From Planctomycetota bacterium (lineage in GTDB: Bacteria > Planctomycetota > UBA1135 > UBA2386), in contig JBKAGP010000001.1 of NCBI GenBank assembly GCA_046290465.1, positions 4,768,001 to 4,832,000 of the forward strand: 64,000 nucleotides of DNA, written 5' to 3'. Under the pieces are notes generated by a model. That model made no database searches. It was not told the DNA's origin and was given only the letters and a program-made list of their open reading frames with translations. Below are positions 59,189 through 64,000 of the stretch, one piece after another. Made by a program: the position numbers and the translations under genes. Within the stretch, counting starts at the first letter, position 1, and each line of letters opens with the position of its first letter.

Positions 59189-59289
59189 CACCGCATACCG
59201 AACCGGGTTCATCCTGCGCCACTTGTCGCGCAAGGCGCGCAGGCGCGCGCGACAAGTGGCGCAGGATGAACCCGGTTCGGTATGCGGTG
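59189..59289. repeat. REP-like palindrome, copy 4
   Basis: Perfect 43-bp arms 59189-59231 and 59247-59289. Confidence 0.92.
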
Positions 59290-59323
59290 TGGGCGAGGGG
59301 TTCGCGTCTGCGAACGGCCGGTG

Positions 59324-62488
<3,165 letters not shown>

Positions 62489-62544
62489 GGGGCGAAATGT
62501 AGCACGGCGGCGCGGTCGTCTGCCGCGTCCGCTAGCATCGACCC

Positions 62545-63117
62545 GTGGCCGAGGACCTCGACCAGCCAGCGGATGGCGGCGCGCCCGACCTCGACGAGGT
62601 GGTTGCGCGCTACCTGCCCCGACTGCACGCCTACGTGCGGCTGCACATGGGCGGCGCCCTGCGCGCGCGCGAGCAGTCGCTCGACGTGGTGCAGTCGATT
62701 TGTCGCGAGGTGCTCGAGGAGCGCGGGCGGTTTGAATACCAGGGCGAAGGCCAGTTGGTCAGCTGGCTGCTCACCGCCGCCACCAACAAGCTGCGCGAGC
62801 GGGCGCGCTTCCACGGCCGCCAGAAGCGCGACGCCGATCGCGAGCAGGCCGCGGACCGCGTCGACAGCCGCGTCTACGCCTCCCTGGTCACGCCGAGCCA
62901 GGACGTCGTGCGTGCCGAACGGATCGAGGCGCTCGAGCAGGCGCTGCAGCGCCTGCCCGACGAATACCGCGAGGTCATCGTGCTCGCGCGCATCGTCGGC
63001 CTGTCGCACGCCGAGATCTCGCAGCGCATGGGCAAGGAGGGCTCCGCCACGCGCAACCTGCTCGGCCGCGCCCTGACCCGCCTCGCCGACGAACTCGGCA
63101 GCGACTCGACCGCCTGA
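62545..63117 (+). CDS. ECF sigma factor (kinase-associated, divergent)
   Basis: EQSLDVVQSICRE, WLLTAATNKL, LPDEYREVI, GLSHAEIS. Confidence 0.92.
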   Translation: MAEDLDQPADGGAPDLDEVVARYLPRLHAYVRLHMGGALRAREQSLDVVQSICREVLEERGRFEYQGEGQLVSWLLTAATNKLRERARFHGRQKRDADREQAADRVDSRVYASLVTPSQDVVRAERIEALEQALQRLPDEYREVIVLARIVGLSHAEISQRMGKEGSATRNLLGRALTRLADELGSDSTA

Positions 63118-63162
63118 CCGAGGCCGCCACGACCGCACCGAGCCGCGCGCTTCGCGCGCGCT

Positions 63163-63198
63163 AAGTGGCGCAGGATGAACCCGGTTCGGTATGCGGTG
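63163..63198. repeat. REP-like element, copy 5 (single intact arm)
   Basis: AAGTGGCGCAGGATGAACCCGGTTCGGTATGCGGTG between convergent genes. Confidence 0.85.
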
Positions 63199-63213
63199 TC
63201 AGGGGTGCTGTGG

Positions 63214-64000
63214 TCAGGTGGGGAGGAGGCCGCGGCGGGCGAGGTTGTGCATCAGGGCGGTGAGGCCGAAGCGCCACGGTGGGATGGTGTGGCAGTGCTG
63301 CACGCGGTTCTGCAGGGTGCCGAACTTCGGGGACGAGATCCGCACGAGGTCGCCGAGGTGGTGGGTGAAGCCCTGGCCCTCTTTGTCGCGGTCGGCGGTG
63401 GGGGCGAACAGCGTGCCGGTGAACAGCGCGATGCCGTCCGGATACTGGTGGCTGGCGTGGATCGTCTGCGCGACCAGTTCGGTGACGTCGCGGCTGATGC
63501 TGCTCATCGGGCTGACCTCGCGCAGCGTGAAGCCGTCGTCCCCGGTGATCTCCAGCGAGACCTCGGCGCGGCGCACGTCGTCGAGCGTGAACGTCTCGTC
63601 GAACAGCCGCACGAACGGGCCGATCGCAGCCGAGCCGTTGTTGTCCTTGGCCTTGCCCAGCAGCAGAGCGCTGCGCCCTTCGATGTCGCGCAGGTTGACG
63701 TCGTTGCCCAGCGTCGCGCCGACGATCTCGGCCGCGGGGTCGACGATCAGCACCACCTCGGGCTCGGGGTTGTTCCACGACGAGATCTCGAGGATGCCGA
63801 CGTCGTCACCGGTGCCGACGGCCGACAGCGCCTGCGCCTTGGTGAACACCTCGGCATAGGGCCCGATGCCGACCTCGAGGTATTGCGACCACAGCCCCTC
63901 CTGCTGCAACACCTGCTTGACCTGCTCGGCTTCGGGAGACCCCGGCACGACGCTCGACACCTCCGCGCCGATGCGCTCCTTGATCTGCGTGCGCACCGCC
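63214..64000 (-). CDS. Fumarylacetoacetate hydrolase family protein (5' end outside window)
   Basis: WNNPEPE, GATLGNDVNLRDIEGRSALLLGKAKD, FTGTLFAP. Confidence 0.92.
   Translation of the reverse strand, partial: AVRTQIKERIGAEVSSVVPGSPEAEQVKQVLQQEGLWSQYLEVGIGPYAEVFTKAQALSAVGTGDDVGILEISSWNNPEPEVVLIVDPAAEIVGATLGNDVNLRDIEGRSALLLGKAKDNNGSAAIGPFVRLFDETFTLDDVRRAEVSLEITGDDGFTLREVSPMSSISRDVTELVAQTIHASHQYPDGIALFTGTLFAPTADRDKEGQGFTHHLGDLVRISSPKFGTLQNRVQHCHTIPPWRFGLTALMHNLARRGLLPT

Overview
High-GC bacterial chromosomal window. The gene content (paired ECF sigma factors and Ser/Thr kinases, a PVC-type CxxCH dehydrogenase, DUF1080, ASPIC/UnbV and ELWxxDGT proteins) points to an uncultured Planctomycetota; this is an inference. 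There are about 50 CDSs and no recognisable rRNA, tRNA, CRISPR array or transposase. Highlights: (1) 11087-18618 is a PKS/NRPS-free lipid cluster: FAAL, JamB-like desaturase and ACP (jamABC order), then a mycolate-type SAM methyltransferase, an acyl-ACP thioesterase, two GNATs and a DUF6125-like protein. (2) 38935-40008 (-) is one exported thioredoxin-like/MsrA-like fusion read through two in-frame UGA codons (UxxC and UFW), each followed by a SECIS-like hairpin; the ORF track splits it into three pieces. (3) A glucuronokinase-like kinase is fused to a nucleotidyltransferase. (4) Five intact ECF sigma factors plus one remnant occur with kinase partners or with anti-sigma factors carrying swapped sensor domains. 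(5) A dispersed REP-like palindrome family, a C-terminal domain shared by unrelated secreted proteins, many apparently leaderless promoters and several candidate operator motifs. All family calls come from motif recognition by eye; no database search was run.
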